From a virus (taxonomy: Duplodnaviria; Caudoviricetes), in the IMG/VR virus record IMGVR_UViG_3300009609_000004, positions 1 to 62,220 of that record: 62,220 bases of DNA. One strand, given 5' to 3'. The notes under the pieces are model-generated. The model worked only from the letters and a program-made list of their open reading frames with translations, was not told the DNA's origin and ran no database searches. Position numbers and translations under genes: made by a program. Positions within the stretch are counted from its first letter, which is position 1; each line of letters starts with the position of its first letter. Below, piece by piece: positions 17,817 through 27,389 of the stretch.

Positions 17817-20800
17817 GCACACAAGATCCGTTCGCAAAGTACGGCGGTTCGGCAGTCGCTGAACCCGAACAAGATGATCCGTTTGCGAAGTACGGTGGCT
17901 CTGCTGTCATCGCGCCTGTAAAGGCCCCCACTCCCACTCCATTCGTCCGCACCACGAAAGTTTCCTCTGATCGTGCTGCATTCCAGCAGAAATTCGAACG
18001 TGCGCAGAACGTGCATACTACCCAGCGTCCGCCAGATCCGGACCGTTCGGCTGTAACTCCATCACTGGAAGATGCGATGGAACCCATAACGCAGAAGGCT
18101 TTCGGCTTCAGTGTTACCAACATCGCAGAAAAGCTACTCCCTGAAACTGAACCCAGGCCTCTTCGTGATGACACAGCCGTCGCCGTGGCCGAAGCCGGCG
18201 GCGTGGATCTTCCGCTTTACGATATGGCTCGCAGGGGCGCGAAGATGGCGGCTGGAATTGTCGACTTCATGCAGTCCCCCATAGGCTTAGCTGCTGCCTT
18301 GGCTGGCGTTGCCGGCCGAACGGCAGGTCAAGTCGCGGGTTCACTCCTCGGAATTCAGTTCGGTATTCAGGGGACGAATGACGTTATCGACGGCCTCGAA
18401 GACATGCGCAAGCGTGGTGTTACGCCAGAAAATGCCGAAAAATTCCTGAATGGACTGGCGATGGTCGAAGGGGTCGCGCTCGGTGGGGTCGCGCTCGGGA
18501 CGAAGCGGAAGAAGGTTAAAGCCGCGGACGTCGCGAAAGCGAACGAACTTGCAGCGACGGAAGTCGCTGACCGGGTGGCACCTTTAGCGCAACCGCGGCA
18601 GGCAGAACCGATCACCCCGAAAATCGCGTCTGAGAGGGCCGTCCCGGTGCAGGAAAACGTTGCCACGGTCACGCCAGACGCTCCGGTGGCAGTTTTAAGC
18701 GAACCGGCAGAGATCTCCCTTCGTCCCTCCTCCACTGTCCCCGAATTCCACAAAGCCCTTGGTGTCCTCCGGACTCACAAGGCAAAGGGCAAACTCGGCG
18801 ACGCGGCGGAAACTCTTACCGCTGACGACCTATTCAGTTATCTCGACGAGATGCAGGCTGTCTCGGAAGGTCACTATCCGGCGGCAATCGAGATGATCAC
18901 GGAGGCCCAGGATACCCTGATGACGTCAGGCGACAAGGTAGCGACAGCAAAACTCGCGGAACAAGCCCGCAAAGAAATGCGTGGCGAGTACGGGCGTCGA
19001 CTCGCCGCATCCGAAGCAGCGAAACACGGGATTGAGTTGCCGAAAGAGGAACCTGCTCCGGACACTGCGGTTTCCGAAGTCCGTCAAATGCTCGACGAAC
19101 AGAAGGAACTGGACGCAGTTGCCACGGAACGCGATCGGATTATTCGCGATGCTTCCGACAATGAGATGCGCGTGTGGGCCGATGATACCGACGAACTTAT
19201 CGGGGCGCGTGAGGCCGAGAAGAACGCGATGACAATGGAGTCGAATGTCGCCGGCAAGGAGATCGAAGAGGCCACCGTCGCACGCGGCAATGCGATTCGG
19301 TCGCTGGGTGCGAAGGAGAACTCTCCACTCGCTCACTTCAAGGAAAGCCCGAAGGTGCTGAGTGAGGCGATTCGTAAGGGCGACGGCGTTCTTTATGACC
19401 GGATTCGCAAGGCGTTCCGTGAATCATACGAAACAGCGCATGGTGGCAAGGCCGACGATTTCCTTGCGAGTGCCAGCGAACGCCAGAAGCAGGATCTCCT
19501 CGGTGAGACTGCGGAACCGGTTGACGCGGACGTCAGTTTCGACTTTGGCGAAAACGCGCTGAAGTCGATCGGCGAATTCGAGACGCGACAGAAACAGGCA
19601 ATCAAGGACCTGATGAGAGGCGCTGCGTCAGGGGAGACTGCCGGCGCCGGACTGCCGATCGAGATTGCCGGTCGCCTTGCCGCGATCGGTGCTGCGAAGA
19701 TTGCGAAGGGTTCGATCCGTTTTGCGCAGTGGTCGGCTGAAATGCTGCGCGATCTTGGCGACGAGGTTGCTGAACAGGTGAGGCCGTATCTCCGTGACAT
19801 CTGGAAAGACTCGCTGAATCGTACTGCAGAACTGAAGAAACTCGATGCTGACGATTACTTCAATTTCCGGCGTGCCAATATCAGCGACGGCGAAAAGCAG
19901 GCTTTGAAAGCGCAGACGATTGCGACCGTGCTCGAGACGGGGCGCGTGCCAAAGGAGCGCGAATCCTGGGCGACGATCAGGGAGCAGGCACGAAAACTCG
20001 GCGGCCCGGAACTGGTCGCTCAACTAGCCGAAGCGCGCGGTCAACAGCCGGAACTCCGCGGCGTCCGCTTGGCCGCGCGTCAGCGCATCAACACGCTCAA
20101 CCGGGAAATCACGGAACTCAGTGAAAAGGCAGCACTGGCCCGCGGTGAAGAGGGCCTCGCGATCGAGCGCGTCATCCTTGAGAAGGAAAACGATCTGCGG
20201 GGCCTTCATGACATCTGGATGCGGATGCGATCGGAAGACGGTCGCAATCTCGCCATGCACCGGATGATGTCGGATTCGACGTGGGACGCATCGTACTGGC
20301 TGGCCCGGGCGAAACGGGCGAAGGGGATTCCCGCTGGGGCCGAACTGCCGACGAAAGTACAACGCGATATCGGCGATATCCTTACCAACGGCCAAAAGGC
20401 TGCCGACAAAGTAGGCGGGGCACGGAAAGAAATTGCGCGGAAACTCGGCATTCCGGAGAACGATGTTCCGAATCTACCGGAATTGACGGGCGGACGCCCT
20501 GAGACGCTATACGGCACGCAGGAAGCGACAATCGGCAAGCGCGGCGACGCTCCGAAAGGTGAGGACGGTGTCGTTCCAGGTGAACAACTCGACCTGAATC
20601 CAGCACGCGCCGTTCCTGAACTCCCGCCCGGTCCCCCTGTGAGTACGAAGGGAATCCAACAGGACATCGCGAATTACCGGCAAGGCATGGAGGAGTTGAA
20701 GCAGCACAAGATTCGGCTCGCACGAAAGATGCGCGAGCTCGATCGAAGCGGCTGGATGGAGACCTTGATCGCATTACGAAATGTTGGGCTTCTGACTGGA

Positions 20801-22438
20801 CTGAAGACACACATGCGCAATATCGGTGGTAATGCGTCGTTTCAGATCCTTGAAGAACTCTCGCGGCTGCCGGCAGCGACCGTTGATCTCGTGATGTCGC
20901 TCAAGACCGGACAGCGCACGATGCAGGGCGCTAGTCCAAAGGCATTACTCGCGGCATTGAATGAGGCACGCACGAAGGGTATCGCCGATGCACGGGAGGT
21001 ATTCAGAACGGGAGCGACCGTCGACGAACTCGGCAAAGTTGAACTGCATCGGGAATTGAACAGCGGAATCCCGTGGCTTGACGGTTATGCACGATTCATC
21101 ACACGTACGATGGCGGCAGAGGATCGAGTGTTTAAGTCGTTCGCGTTCCGGCGGTCACTCGAAGAGCAGGCGGCGCTTACGGCAAAGAACGGCGGACCAT
21201 CGATTATCGAGACCATTCGGAATCCGCCGGACGCGATGATTCAGCAGGCCATCTACGATGCGCAGGTTGCGACGTTTAATAACCCGAACGTCTTCGCGCA
21301 AGGGGTAAAGGCCATGCAGGGTCGGATGCGCAGCGAGGGGACTCCCGGTAAGATGGCTGCCGCGGCGATCGACATTGCCGTCCCGTTCAAAAACACACCT
21401 GCAAACATCATTGCCCGAGTTTTCGATTACGCAGGCGGCGGGTTCGCGAAGGCTGGATTTCACGCAATCCGCGCGATGGTTGATGGCACCATGACTCCGG
21501 CAATGCAGCGAGCGATATCGCAAGGCGTTGGTAGAGGAATGACTGGCGCGGCACTGATCACACTCGGGTACATGCTCGGAAAGAAGGGACTCGCGACAGG
21601 TGTGCAGCCGACAGATCCAGGCGCACAGAATGTCGCACAGGCCGCAGGGAGACTGCCTGGGTCGGTGCAGGTCGCTGGCCGGTGGCATCAGGTGGCTCCG
21701 TTCTCGCCGGCCGGAAACCTCATCACGATCGGTGCGACGATCGCACGTGAATCCTCAAAGCCTCTCCGAGATGAATCCCGACGCCCGGGTAACATTGCAG
21801 CAATCGCCGCGCGGACCGCACTTGAGCAGCCGATGCTGAAAGGGTTGAGCGACACCGTTGAGGCGCTGCGCAATCCTGCGGCGACTGGCGAACGTGTCAC
21901 GAGTACGACGATCGGCAGTTTCATTCCAACGTTGCTGGCGGACTCGGCCGCCCTCTTCGATCCGTACATGCGAGATGCGCGCACCGATGGCTTCCTTGAG
22001 AGTCTGTACAAAGGGTTCCAACTTCGCACTCCAGGCTGGCGCAACGTCTTGCCTCAGCGATTCGATGTTCTCGGTGATCCAGTTCGAAATACGCCGGGCA
22101 CGTTCGTCAATCCGATGATCTCGGCGCCGGCTAAAGAACTCTCGGATCCGGCAATCCAGCGGCTCATCACGACAGAAACGGCGATTGGCTTCCCGCGACG
22201 TGATCCGGGTGAAAGCAAGGAATCTTTCTCGTTGAGGTCTCAGATTGTTGGCAGGGAAATCAAGCGGCGCGTGGGACAGATCGAATTCGATGCAGCGTCG
22301 GATATGGACCAGCGAAGGACTCAGGTGAAGCGCGCTGTTGACGCGTCGCGCGATCAGTTCGCGGATTTCTTCAGGGCGATGCGGGCACTACCGGAAGCCG
22401 AACGGATCGAGCGGCTACGCGCCAGGCTTGCACAGTGA
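17813..22438 (+). CDS. Large internal virion/ejection protein (1541 aa)
   Basis: Helical; N-terminal DPFAKYGGSAV tandem repeat; PFKNTPANI and C-terminal motifs typical of large podophage internal proteins; last late gene. Confidence 0.7.
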   Translation: MSTQDPFAKYGGSAVAEPEQDDPFAKYGGSAVIAPVKAPTPTPFVRTTKVSSDRAAFQQKFERAQNVHTTQRPPDPDRSAVTPSLEDAMEPITQKAFGFSVTNIAEKLLPETEPRPLRDDTAVAVAEAGGVDLPLYDMARRGAKMAAGIVDFMQSPIGLAAALAGVAGRTAGQVAGSLLGIQFGIQGTNDVIDGLEDMRKRGVTPENAEKFLNGLAMVEGVALGGVALGTKRKKVKAADVAKANELAATEVADRVAPLAQPRQAEPITPKIASERAVPVQENVATVTPDAPVAVLSEPAEISLRPSSTVPEFHKALGVLRTHKAKGKLGDAAETLTADDLFSYLDEMQAVSEGHYPAAIEMITEAQDTLMTSGDKVATAKLAEQARKEMRGEYGRRLAASEAAKHGIELPKEEPAPDTAVSEVRQMLDEQKELDAVATERDRIIRDASDNEMRVWADDTDELIGAREAEKNAMTMESNVAGKEIEEATVARGNAIRSLGAKENSPLAHFKESPKVLSEAIRKGDGVLYDRIRKAFRESYETAHGGKADDFLASASERQKQDLLGETAEPVDADVSFDFGENALKSIGEFETRQKQAIKDLMRGAASGETAGAGLPIEIAGRLAAIGAAKIAKGSIRFAQWSAEMLRDLGDEVAEQVRPYLRDIWKDSLNRTAELKKLDADDYFNFRRANISDGEKQALKAQTIATVLETGRVPKERESWATIREQARKLGGPELVAQLAEARGQQPELRGVRLAARQRINTLNREITELSEKAALARGEEGLAIERVILEKENDLRGLHDIWMRMRSEDGRNLAMHRMMSDSTWDASYWLARAKRAKGIPAGAELPTKVQRDIGDILTNGQKAADKVGGARKEIARKLGIPENDVPNLPELTGGRPETLYGTQEATIGKRGDAPKGEDGVVPGEQLDLNPARAVPELPPGPPVSTKGIQQDIANYRQGMEELKQHKIRLARKMRELDRSGWMETLIALRNVGLLTGLKTHMRNIGGNASFQILEELSRLPAATVDLVMSLKTGQRTMQGASPKALLAALNEARTKGIADAREVFRTGATVDELGKVELHRELNSGIPWLDGYARFITRTMAAEDRVFKSFAFRRSLEEQAALTAKNGGPSIIETIRNPPDAMIQQAIYDAQVATFNNPNVFAQGVKAMQGRMRSEGTPGKMAAAAIDIAVPFKNTPANIIARVFDYAGGGFAKAGFHAIRAMVDGTMTPAMQRAISQGVGRGMTGAALITLGYMLGKKGLATGVQPTDPGAQNVAQAAGRLPGSVQVAGRWHQVAPFSPAGNLITIGATIARESSKPLRDESRRPGNIAAIAARTALEQPMLKGLSDTVEALRNPAATGERVTSTTIGSFIPTLLADSAALFDPYMRDARTDGFLESLYKGFQLRTPGWRNVLPQRFDVLGDPVRNTPGTFVNPMISAPAKELSDPAIQRLITTETAIGFPRRDPGESKESFSLRSQIVGREIKRRVGQIEFDAASDMDQRRTQVKRAVDASRDQFADFFRAMRALPEAERIERLRARLAQ

Positions 22439-22532
22439 GGGGCAATCTCCGCCACTTGTTCAATGTGTTTCTGCAGACCTGGGCGCGTTCGGCCGCCTCG
22501 TCGAGAGTCAGGTAATCGTGTGTTTCTTTCAC
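22371..22532 (-). CDS. Small Xis/HTH_17-like protein (53 aa), not in the ORF track
   Basis: GAGGA upstream of GTG; MKETHDYLTLDEAAERAQVCRNTLNKWRR; overlaps the end of the large ejection gene. Confidence 0.55.
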   Translation of the reverse strand: MKETHDYLTLDEAAERAQVCRNTLNKWRRLPLTVQAWRVAARSVRLPVVPASP

Positions 22533-22550
22533 GTTTAAAGTCCTCAAGGT

Positions 22551-22826
22551 TTATGCCTTGCGCTGAATTGCCCTAATGAAGTCGTTCTTGGTTAAACCTT
22601 TGGCGAGTACCTGCTGAAGCAACTCACGTCTCACCTGAAGCGCATGTCGATTAATCAGGCCTAGCTGCTCCGAATCTCTTGGAATCGCTATACCGTCACG
22701 TCGTCCCGTGCATACGGTTTGATCGTAGGCTTCGCATCGTTCGTGATACTGCTGCGCCAGATCGTAGAGAAAACGGTCCTTTTCGCTGATCTCAAACGTG
22801 CCCATGAACTGCTTTCCGAAATCCAC
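22551..22826 (-). CDS. Hypothetical protein (cassette array)
   Basis: ORF starts at the linker repeat containing GGGAGGG. Confidence 0.65.
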   Translation of the reverse strand: MDFGKQFMGTFEISEKDRFLYDLAQQYHERCEAYDQTVCTGRRDGIAIPRDSEQLGLINRHALQVRRELLQQVLAKGLTKNDFIRAIQRKA

Positions 22827-23011
22827 TATTTCCCTCCCATCGCCAACTTGAGTTTTGCGGCGAGTTCCTGCGCAAGTCGCGATTCGTCAACGGTGATTCC
22901 TCTCGGGCATATCACCTCGCCAGCAAAGGCGCTCCGCAACTCCTTCTTTTCCTCTTCGCTGAACTGTTCGCGTATCCGCTCCCAAGTGCGATCGGTGATT
23001 AAGATCGACAT
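22826..23011 (-). CDS. Hypothetical protein ending ...LAMGGK
   Basis: ORF bounded by linker repeats. Confidence 0.6.
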   Translation of the reverse strand: MSILITDRTWERIREQFSEEEKKELRSAFAGEVICPRGITVDESRLAQELAAKLKLAMGGK

Positions 23012-23059
23012 TTGCTATTTCCCTCCCATCGCCACATACCCTAAAAAGGGTCAGTAGTT

Positions 23060-23275
23060 TTACGCCCCAGCGGTGTCACTTTGCGTTGAGGTTTCCGATT
23101 CGAACGCCCGATTCTCATCGTCCCAATCAATGCCGAACATCGATTGGTACGTAGCCTTCAGATTGTCGAGGTCGATCTGGTCAATCTTTATGCGAGTACT
23201 GAATTGTTCTATAACTGCGCTGCACTGCTCTTTTGTCATCATTGCCGTTTCTCCTTTTGTTCGCTTTCGGTTCAT
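23060..23275 (-). CDS. Hypothetical protein
   Basis: ATG directly after a linker copy. Confidence 0.55.
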   Translation of the reverse strand: MNRKRTKGETAMMTKEQCSAVIEQFSTRIKIDQIDLDNLKATYQSMFGIDWDDENRAFESETSTQSDTAGA

Positions 23276-23313
23276 CTATTTCCCTCCCAACTTGAGTGGT
23301 GTTTCTTTCACCT

Positions 23314-23439
23314 TTACTCCATGCTTATCTTTCGCAGTTCGTCACGGATTTCTTTGAGTACTTCTCTAATATGGCGCATGTAGTCAGCGCAGAGTCCAAC
23401 GGAGATAGCCATTGCACTAAACACTAAGACCTCCAGCAT
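23314..23439 (-). CDS. Small single-TM protein (41 aa), not in the ORF track
   Basis: ATG directly after a linker copy; MLEVLVFSAMAISVGLCADYMRHIREVLKEIRDELRKISME. Confidence 0.55.
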   Translation of the reverse strand: MLEVLVFSAMAISVGLCADYMRHIREVLKEIRDELRKISME

Positions 23440-23467
23440 CTATTTCCCTCCCATCGCCACACCGTTG

Positions 23468-23878
23468 TCATCTCTCCTCCTGAATCACCCACGGATGAGG
23501 TCCAGCATGATTATTCGGGAGTCCGCATATTCTGTTCTTTTCGCTGTAGGCACCGCATTCGTTCTTCGGTGAATGCTCCCCAGTGTGGCCGTATTGTTTG
23601 CGGCAGTGCCAGATGATCCCTTCCGGTGTCCCGTCATCGACTGGAATCTCCTGCCAGCACGGCATTCCGTCGTGCTGGTCATAATTTCGAGCCTGCTGTA
23701 TACACCTTGACCCGTAATCACGAATCCAGTCCCAGTCCGGCTTCGGCGGGCAATGCTCAACCATCGCTCCGTCAACAACGATATTAGGCACAACCATAAA
23801 CCCGGCATGACAAACACCCTCATTGCGACACTCGAAGTCAATTAAGCAGCGCATACATCTATGAATATGATGTGTCAT
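23468..23878 (-). CDS. Cys/His-rich hypothetical protein
   Basis: CxxC plus two C-x5-H-x-G-x-H motifs. Confidence 0.65.
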   Translation of the reverse strand: MTHHIHRCMRCLIDFECRNEGVCHAGFMVVPNIVVDGAMVEHCPPKPDWDWIRDYGSRCIQQARNYDQHDGMPCWQEIPVDDGTPEGIIWHCRKQYGHTGEHSPKNECGAYSEKNRICGLPNNHAGPHPWVIQEER

Positions 23879-24029
23879 CTCTCATCCTATCTTTTCCGCC
23901 ATTGAGCCAATGAGCGCGCTTCGCCGCCTCTTCAGGTGACGAATGGTCAGACTCGGCAATGAATCGGCCCTGAGGATCGTAATGACCAACAGTCCAAAGT
24001 CGCGGTTCCGATTGCAAGTAAACCCACAT
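23859..24029 (-). CDS. Small phage protein (56 aa), not in the ORF track
   Basis: MWVYLQSEPRLWTVGHYDPQGRFIAESDH...AHWLNGG; resembles a recurrent small phage family; TAATG-coupled. Confidence 0.6.
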   Translation of the reverse strand: MWVYLQSEPRLWTVGHYDPQGRFIAESDHSSPEEAAKRAHWLNGGKDRMRDDTSYS

Positions 24030-24340
24030 TATTTAGCCCTCACGTGATAGCCATGACCACTCCCGTCGAGCTTCCATTCGCGTTTGCGGTTGATTGCCAT
24101 CTTCAAGTCGATTTGATGATGCAGGTCGACGCCAAGCCGCCATGCCAGCCGGTAGAGCACGATTACGACGTCCGCCAACTCTTCGGCCGCTTTCGGATTG
24201 TTGTCGTCTACGGTCAGCGCACGGAGCAATTCGGCCATTTCTTCGTTGGCGCGCGTTGCAACGCGGATGTTTGAACCTGCCGGCCCGAAAGCGTCATTAG
24301 CCCATTCTGAGATACTTAACTGCGTTTCTCGATTACTCAT
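24029..24340 (-). CDS. MazG-like NTP pyrophosphohydrolase
   Basis: EEMAEL...EELADV...KMAINRKREW motifs. Confidence 0.8.
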   Translation of the reverse strand: MSNRETQLSISEWANDAFGPAGSNIRVATRANEEMAELLRALTVDDNNPKAAEELADVVIVLYRLAWRLGVDLHHQIDLKMAINRKREWKLDGSGHGYHVRAK

Positions 24341-24726
24341 TGTTTCCCTCCCATCGCCACATACATAGCCAGTGCTCGGGCTTCAGAAGGAGTGGAGCCG
24401 TATCTGAGAACGCTGAGGCCGTCCGGCGCGTCTTCGTAAATTAAGCAACTGACCATTGGTACGCCGTCACTTGCTGGCGAAGATTTGAATACGCTCCACA
24501 GCCACCCCTTCTCCTTGCATATTTCCTCTAACCAGGATTCAGAGATAGCGGGGTCAGATTCGACGGCAGGCAACCACACGTCTACCTCTGCCTTATTCGG
24601 CGCATCACCGACAAAGCCGCACTCCGTTCCAGGTCCAGCGCGGTGCGCGTATTGAATATTCGTCCATCCGCGCAACTCACTAACAGCGCGACGTAACTCC
24701 AATCCTCTAATGGTTGGTTCATTCAT
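24337..24726 (-). CDS. Phage ABA-sandwich-like protein (paralog 1)
   Basis: L-RRAVSELRGW...P..SD...TPSEARALA pattern. Confidence 0.55.
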   Translation of the reverse strand: MNEPTIRGLELRRAVSELRGWTNIQYAHRAGPGTECGFVGDAPNKAEVDVWLPAVESDPAISESWLEEICKEKGWLWSVFKSSPASDGVPMVSCLIYEDAPDGLSVLRYGSTPSEARALAMYVAMGGKQ

Positions 24727-24986
24727 GATTTCTCTTTCTGTTCTGTAGGGGTGAGGGCTTCAAGGGCGAATACTTGCACGTCACTTAGGATGTGGCTGGC
24801 ATGCTTGCCGATAGTGGACCACTCGTTGATTCGTCGCAGCGCCTCTTCCAGTTCCTTCACGCGGGCTTCACGTTGCCGATTTGCTTCATACAGACTTGCG
24901 TTTTGCCGACGTAGCTGTCCGTTGCTCTTATTGGCACTCTTAAGTTGACAATCACGACATGGACCGGGACCGCATCGATGGATCAT
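24723..24986 (-). CDS. Hypothetical coiled-coil protein
   Basis: ATGA-coupled on both sides. Confidence 0.6.
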   Translation of the reverse strand: MIHRCGPGPCRDCQLKSANKSNGQLRRQNASLYEANRQREARVKELEEALRRINEWSTIGKHASHILSDVQVFALEALTPTEQKEKS

Positions 24987-25294
24987 GCCGACTCCTTTTG
25001 TCTCGCCACCTTCAGAGCAGCGTTGACTATTGCTGTTTTGCGGTCAGCATGGCTTTCGATCACTTCGCACTCGTCGTCAATATTAGGTTCGCACGTCCAT
25101 TGACCGTTGGGGTTATGCCACAGTCCGACGTTCGACATCTTCTCTATCAGCATCGCTGACGCTGTTTCGTCGCGGTAGAAGTCGGGTGGATGACAAAGCC
25201 GACAACCGATGCCAATCTCATGGACGTGCTCGAATCCCAAAAATCGCGCCAACCTCTCGCAGTTCTCGCGCTGTTCGGGTGTTAGTTCAGTCAT
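24983..25294 (-). CDS. Phage ABA-sandwich-like protein (paralog 2)
   Basis: LARFLGF...PDFYRD...LIEKM...TAIVNAAL pattern. Confidence 0.55.
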   Translation of the reverse strand: MTELTPEQRENCERLARFLGFEHVHEIGIGCRLCHPPDFYRDETASAMLIEKMSNVGLWHNPNGQWTCEPNIDDECEVIESHADRKTAIVNAALKVARQKESA

Positions 25295-25578
25295 CGACGT
25301 TCCTTACCAATGAGCTTCTCGCACAACACCACTGCTGGATCATCGCGAGTAAGCATCGGAATGGTCCGCAACGTGACCTCTCGCACTTGCCACCACTCAC
25401 GGTTGGACATATGCACCTCGTGATCATTCGAAAAGACCCGCGCAATCAACCACGAGAGATACACCGTTACACCATTCTTTCTGTTGCTGATAATGGTGCG
25501 CTGGCTGTACGGATTCCGCTCCCATTCTTCCGGATGTGCTTCGATGTTTGCGATTAGTTCCTTGATGGCTTTCTTCAT
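25291..25578 (-). CDS. Hypothetical protein
   Basis: ATGA-coupled on both sides. Confidence 0.6.
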   Translation of the reverse strand: MKKAIKELIANIEAHPEEWERNPYSQRTIISNRKNGVTVYLSWLIARVFSNDHEVHMSNREWWQVREVTLRTIPMLTRDDPAVVLCEKLIGKERR

Positions 25579-25952
25579 AACACCCCCTCAGGTTTCGCAG
25601 GTATCAGGTTGTGCGCGAGCGCGAATGCTTCCGCGACGGCACGCTCTAGCCGTCCGTTGTACACAGCCTCGATACCAAGACCGTCGACCATTGCAAGCCC
25701 GCTCGGATCGACGTGCATGATGATTGAGAAGCCGGTATCCACTGCTGCCCTACGCATCAACATCAGCGTCATTTCTGGTTCCAGCATGTTGCGTGGAACC
25801 TCTTCGCAGTCAGCGCCACAGTCCAGTGCCGCAGCAGACATCTCGCTCGGATTGCGCGTTATTCGCCAGCACTTTGAGTCAGCGATAGAAACATCTGGCT
25901 CCAAGTAGCACGCGATCAGCCGGCTCAACTGTTCATCGGTTAGTTCAGTCAT
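25575..25952 (-). CDS. Phage ABA-sandwich-like protein (paralog 3)
   Basis: Start MTELTDEQLSRLIA at 25952; C-terminal RAVAEAFALA. Confidence 0.5.
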   Translation of the reverse strand: MTELTDEQLSRLIACYLEPDVSIADSKCWRITRNPSEMSAAALDCGADCEEVPRNMLEPEMTLMLMRRAAVDTGFSIIMHVDPSGLAMVDGLGIEAVYNGRLERAVAEAFALAHNLIPAKPEGVL

Positions 25953-26127
25953 GGTCTGGTCCTTCTTCAATCTGGATAAGTTGAGCGTGCAGTCCAATCG
26001 CTTCGGCGACACGCTTTAGCTTCGGCGCGTGCTCTGCACAGATTCCCGCCTGGTCTTTGCCCGGCCATGTGAAGAGAAACGCGGCCTTGTTGTCACAGCC
26101 TATTTGATTGCACGTAAGTTCAGTCAT
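25945..26127 (-). CDS. Small Zn-finger-like protein
   Basis: C-x4-C...C-x2-H; GGAGG RBS. Confidence 0.6.
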   Translation of the reverse strand: MTELTCNQIGCDNKAAFLFTWPGKDQAGICAEHAPKLKRVAEAIGLHAQLIQIEEGPDHD

Positions 26128-26387
26128 GCGGACCTCCCAGCCTTACGTTTGCTTTTTGGTTTATCCGACGTCTGAGTTGATGCCGATGTGTCGTCAAGTG
26201 CGTCCAAAACTTGCTTGGCTACGTCGTCGTACTTCATGTTGTTCATGCTGATTTTGGTGTGGATGGAATCCAGAATGGCTTGACGTGTCGCAACGAGAGC
26301 GGATCTCAGCATTGCAATCGTTTCGTGCAACCTTTGGTTTTCTTCAAATAACTTTGCAATACGCTCGTTCATTTGTTTTGAATTCAT
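26124..26387 (-). CDS. Hypothetical coiled-coil protein
   Basis: Likely start MNSKQMNERIAKL at 26387. Confidence 0.5.
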   Translation of the reverse strand: MNSKQMNERIAKLFEENQRLHETIAMLRSALVATRQAILDSIHTKISMNNMKYDDVAKQVLDALDDTSASTQTSDKPKSKRKAGRSA

Positions 26388-26521
26388 AGAAGTTTTACGC
26401 CCAAAGCGATATCGAACCGCCGATGTTTCGCGCAAATGGATGCTCGCCAGTTCCGAATGGATGCCATGTGCCAGACTCTTCGGATTTCCAGTATGGCCAG
26501 ACGTACACGCCGCCTTTGTAG

Positions 26522-26911
26522 TTAGGAAAGCAGAACATCGGCTTCGCCTTCCGTTAACTGCGCACGCTCCGGCACGCTGAGCAGAATCAGCGGCCGGTGG
26601 ATGCCTGCTTCGATGGCCTTCCGCGCCGTCTCTTCGGTGCACGGATTCAGCGCGTAGATGGAGCTGGGCCCGACAAGGCACGACTTCGCAGGAATAGCCG
26701 TGCGCTTCACCTTTGAACCGGCTGGGACCATGCGCCCGTCGACGTACTGCGGGCGATCCAGTTCAAACTCGCGCTCCTCAAATTCCGGACTGTCGACGCG
26801 AGACAATGAAGCCGCGCCGTAATGTTCCGTCGTGACGTATCCAATCTCGCGGCGATGGCCCATCATTTCTACAATCGCCCAACCTTCAAACCTTGATTGC
26901 TCTTGCTCCAT
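26522..26911 (-). CDS. Phage hypothetical protein
   Basis: FEGWAIVEMMGHRR...SSIYALNPCTEETA; resembles a recurrent phage family. Confidence 0.7.
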   Translation of the reverse strand: MEQEQSRFEGWAIVEMMGHRREIGYVTTEHYGAASLSRVDSPEFEEREFELDRPQYVDGRMVPAGSKVKRTAIPAKSCLVGPSSIYALNPCTEETARKAIEAGIHRPLILLSVPERAQLTEGEADVLLS

Positions 26912-26935
26912 TATTTCGACTCCTTCACGTTCACG

Positions 26936-27355
26936 TCAGAGAGAGGATTCAGAGATGACGATCTCAACGCGTTCAGGTTCACAGTAAAACTTCCTCGCGG
27001 CCACACTGACGATCTGCGCGTCGTCGTGAAACAGGATGCCCTTGCACGCATCGAAACACGCGCGAATCAGCTTATCGACGTCTGGCTTTGTCGTCATACC
27101 GGGACGTTTCTTGACGCTCGCGGTCTTCGGCCTTGCGAAATAGAAGTCCAGCGTCACAGTCACTGGCACGTGCGCCGGAAAGGCTTCTACGTCGAGACTC
27201 GCCGCAGTGCCGGAGACCTGTTGGCGCCACGGCTTCAGTTTCGTGTTGTCGGTGGTGATGATCGCGCGCTTCCATCCTTTCGGAATGAAGGCCCGCGTTG
27301 AGCCCTGCGGTACAGGCGTGCCATGCACAACAAACCGGATCTCGCGCATCTTCAA
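26936..27355 (-). CDS. rusA: RusA-family Holliday junction resolvase
   Basis: GTPVPQGS...KPDVDKLIRACFDA...DDAQIV catalytic motifs. Confidence 0.9.
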   Translation of the reverse strand: MKMREIRFVVHGTPVPQGSTRAFIPKGWKRAIITTDNTKLKPWRQQVSGTAASLDVEAFPAHVPVTVTLDFYFARPKTASVKKRPGMTTKPDVDKLIRACFDACKGILFHDDAQIVSVAARKFYCEPERVEIVISESSL

Positions 27356-27389
27356 TACGCCTCCGTCTTCTCGATTGCGTGTTCAGACA

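Larger units (their letters stand above)
22826..24364 (-). repeat. Five dispersed copies of linker (G)TGGCGATGGGAGGGAAATAG at gene junctions
   Basis: + strand copies at 22826-22845, 23015-23039, 23276-23289 (6-bp deletion), 23440-23461 and 24343-24364; each lies just before a start codon on the - strand. Confidence 0.9.

Noticed and set aside
22826-24364. Linker repeats as a CRISPR array or integron attC sites
   Set aside because: Spacing is irregular (about 160-900 bp), the intervening DNA is protein-coding, and the repeats are not palindromic.
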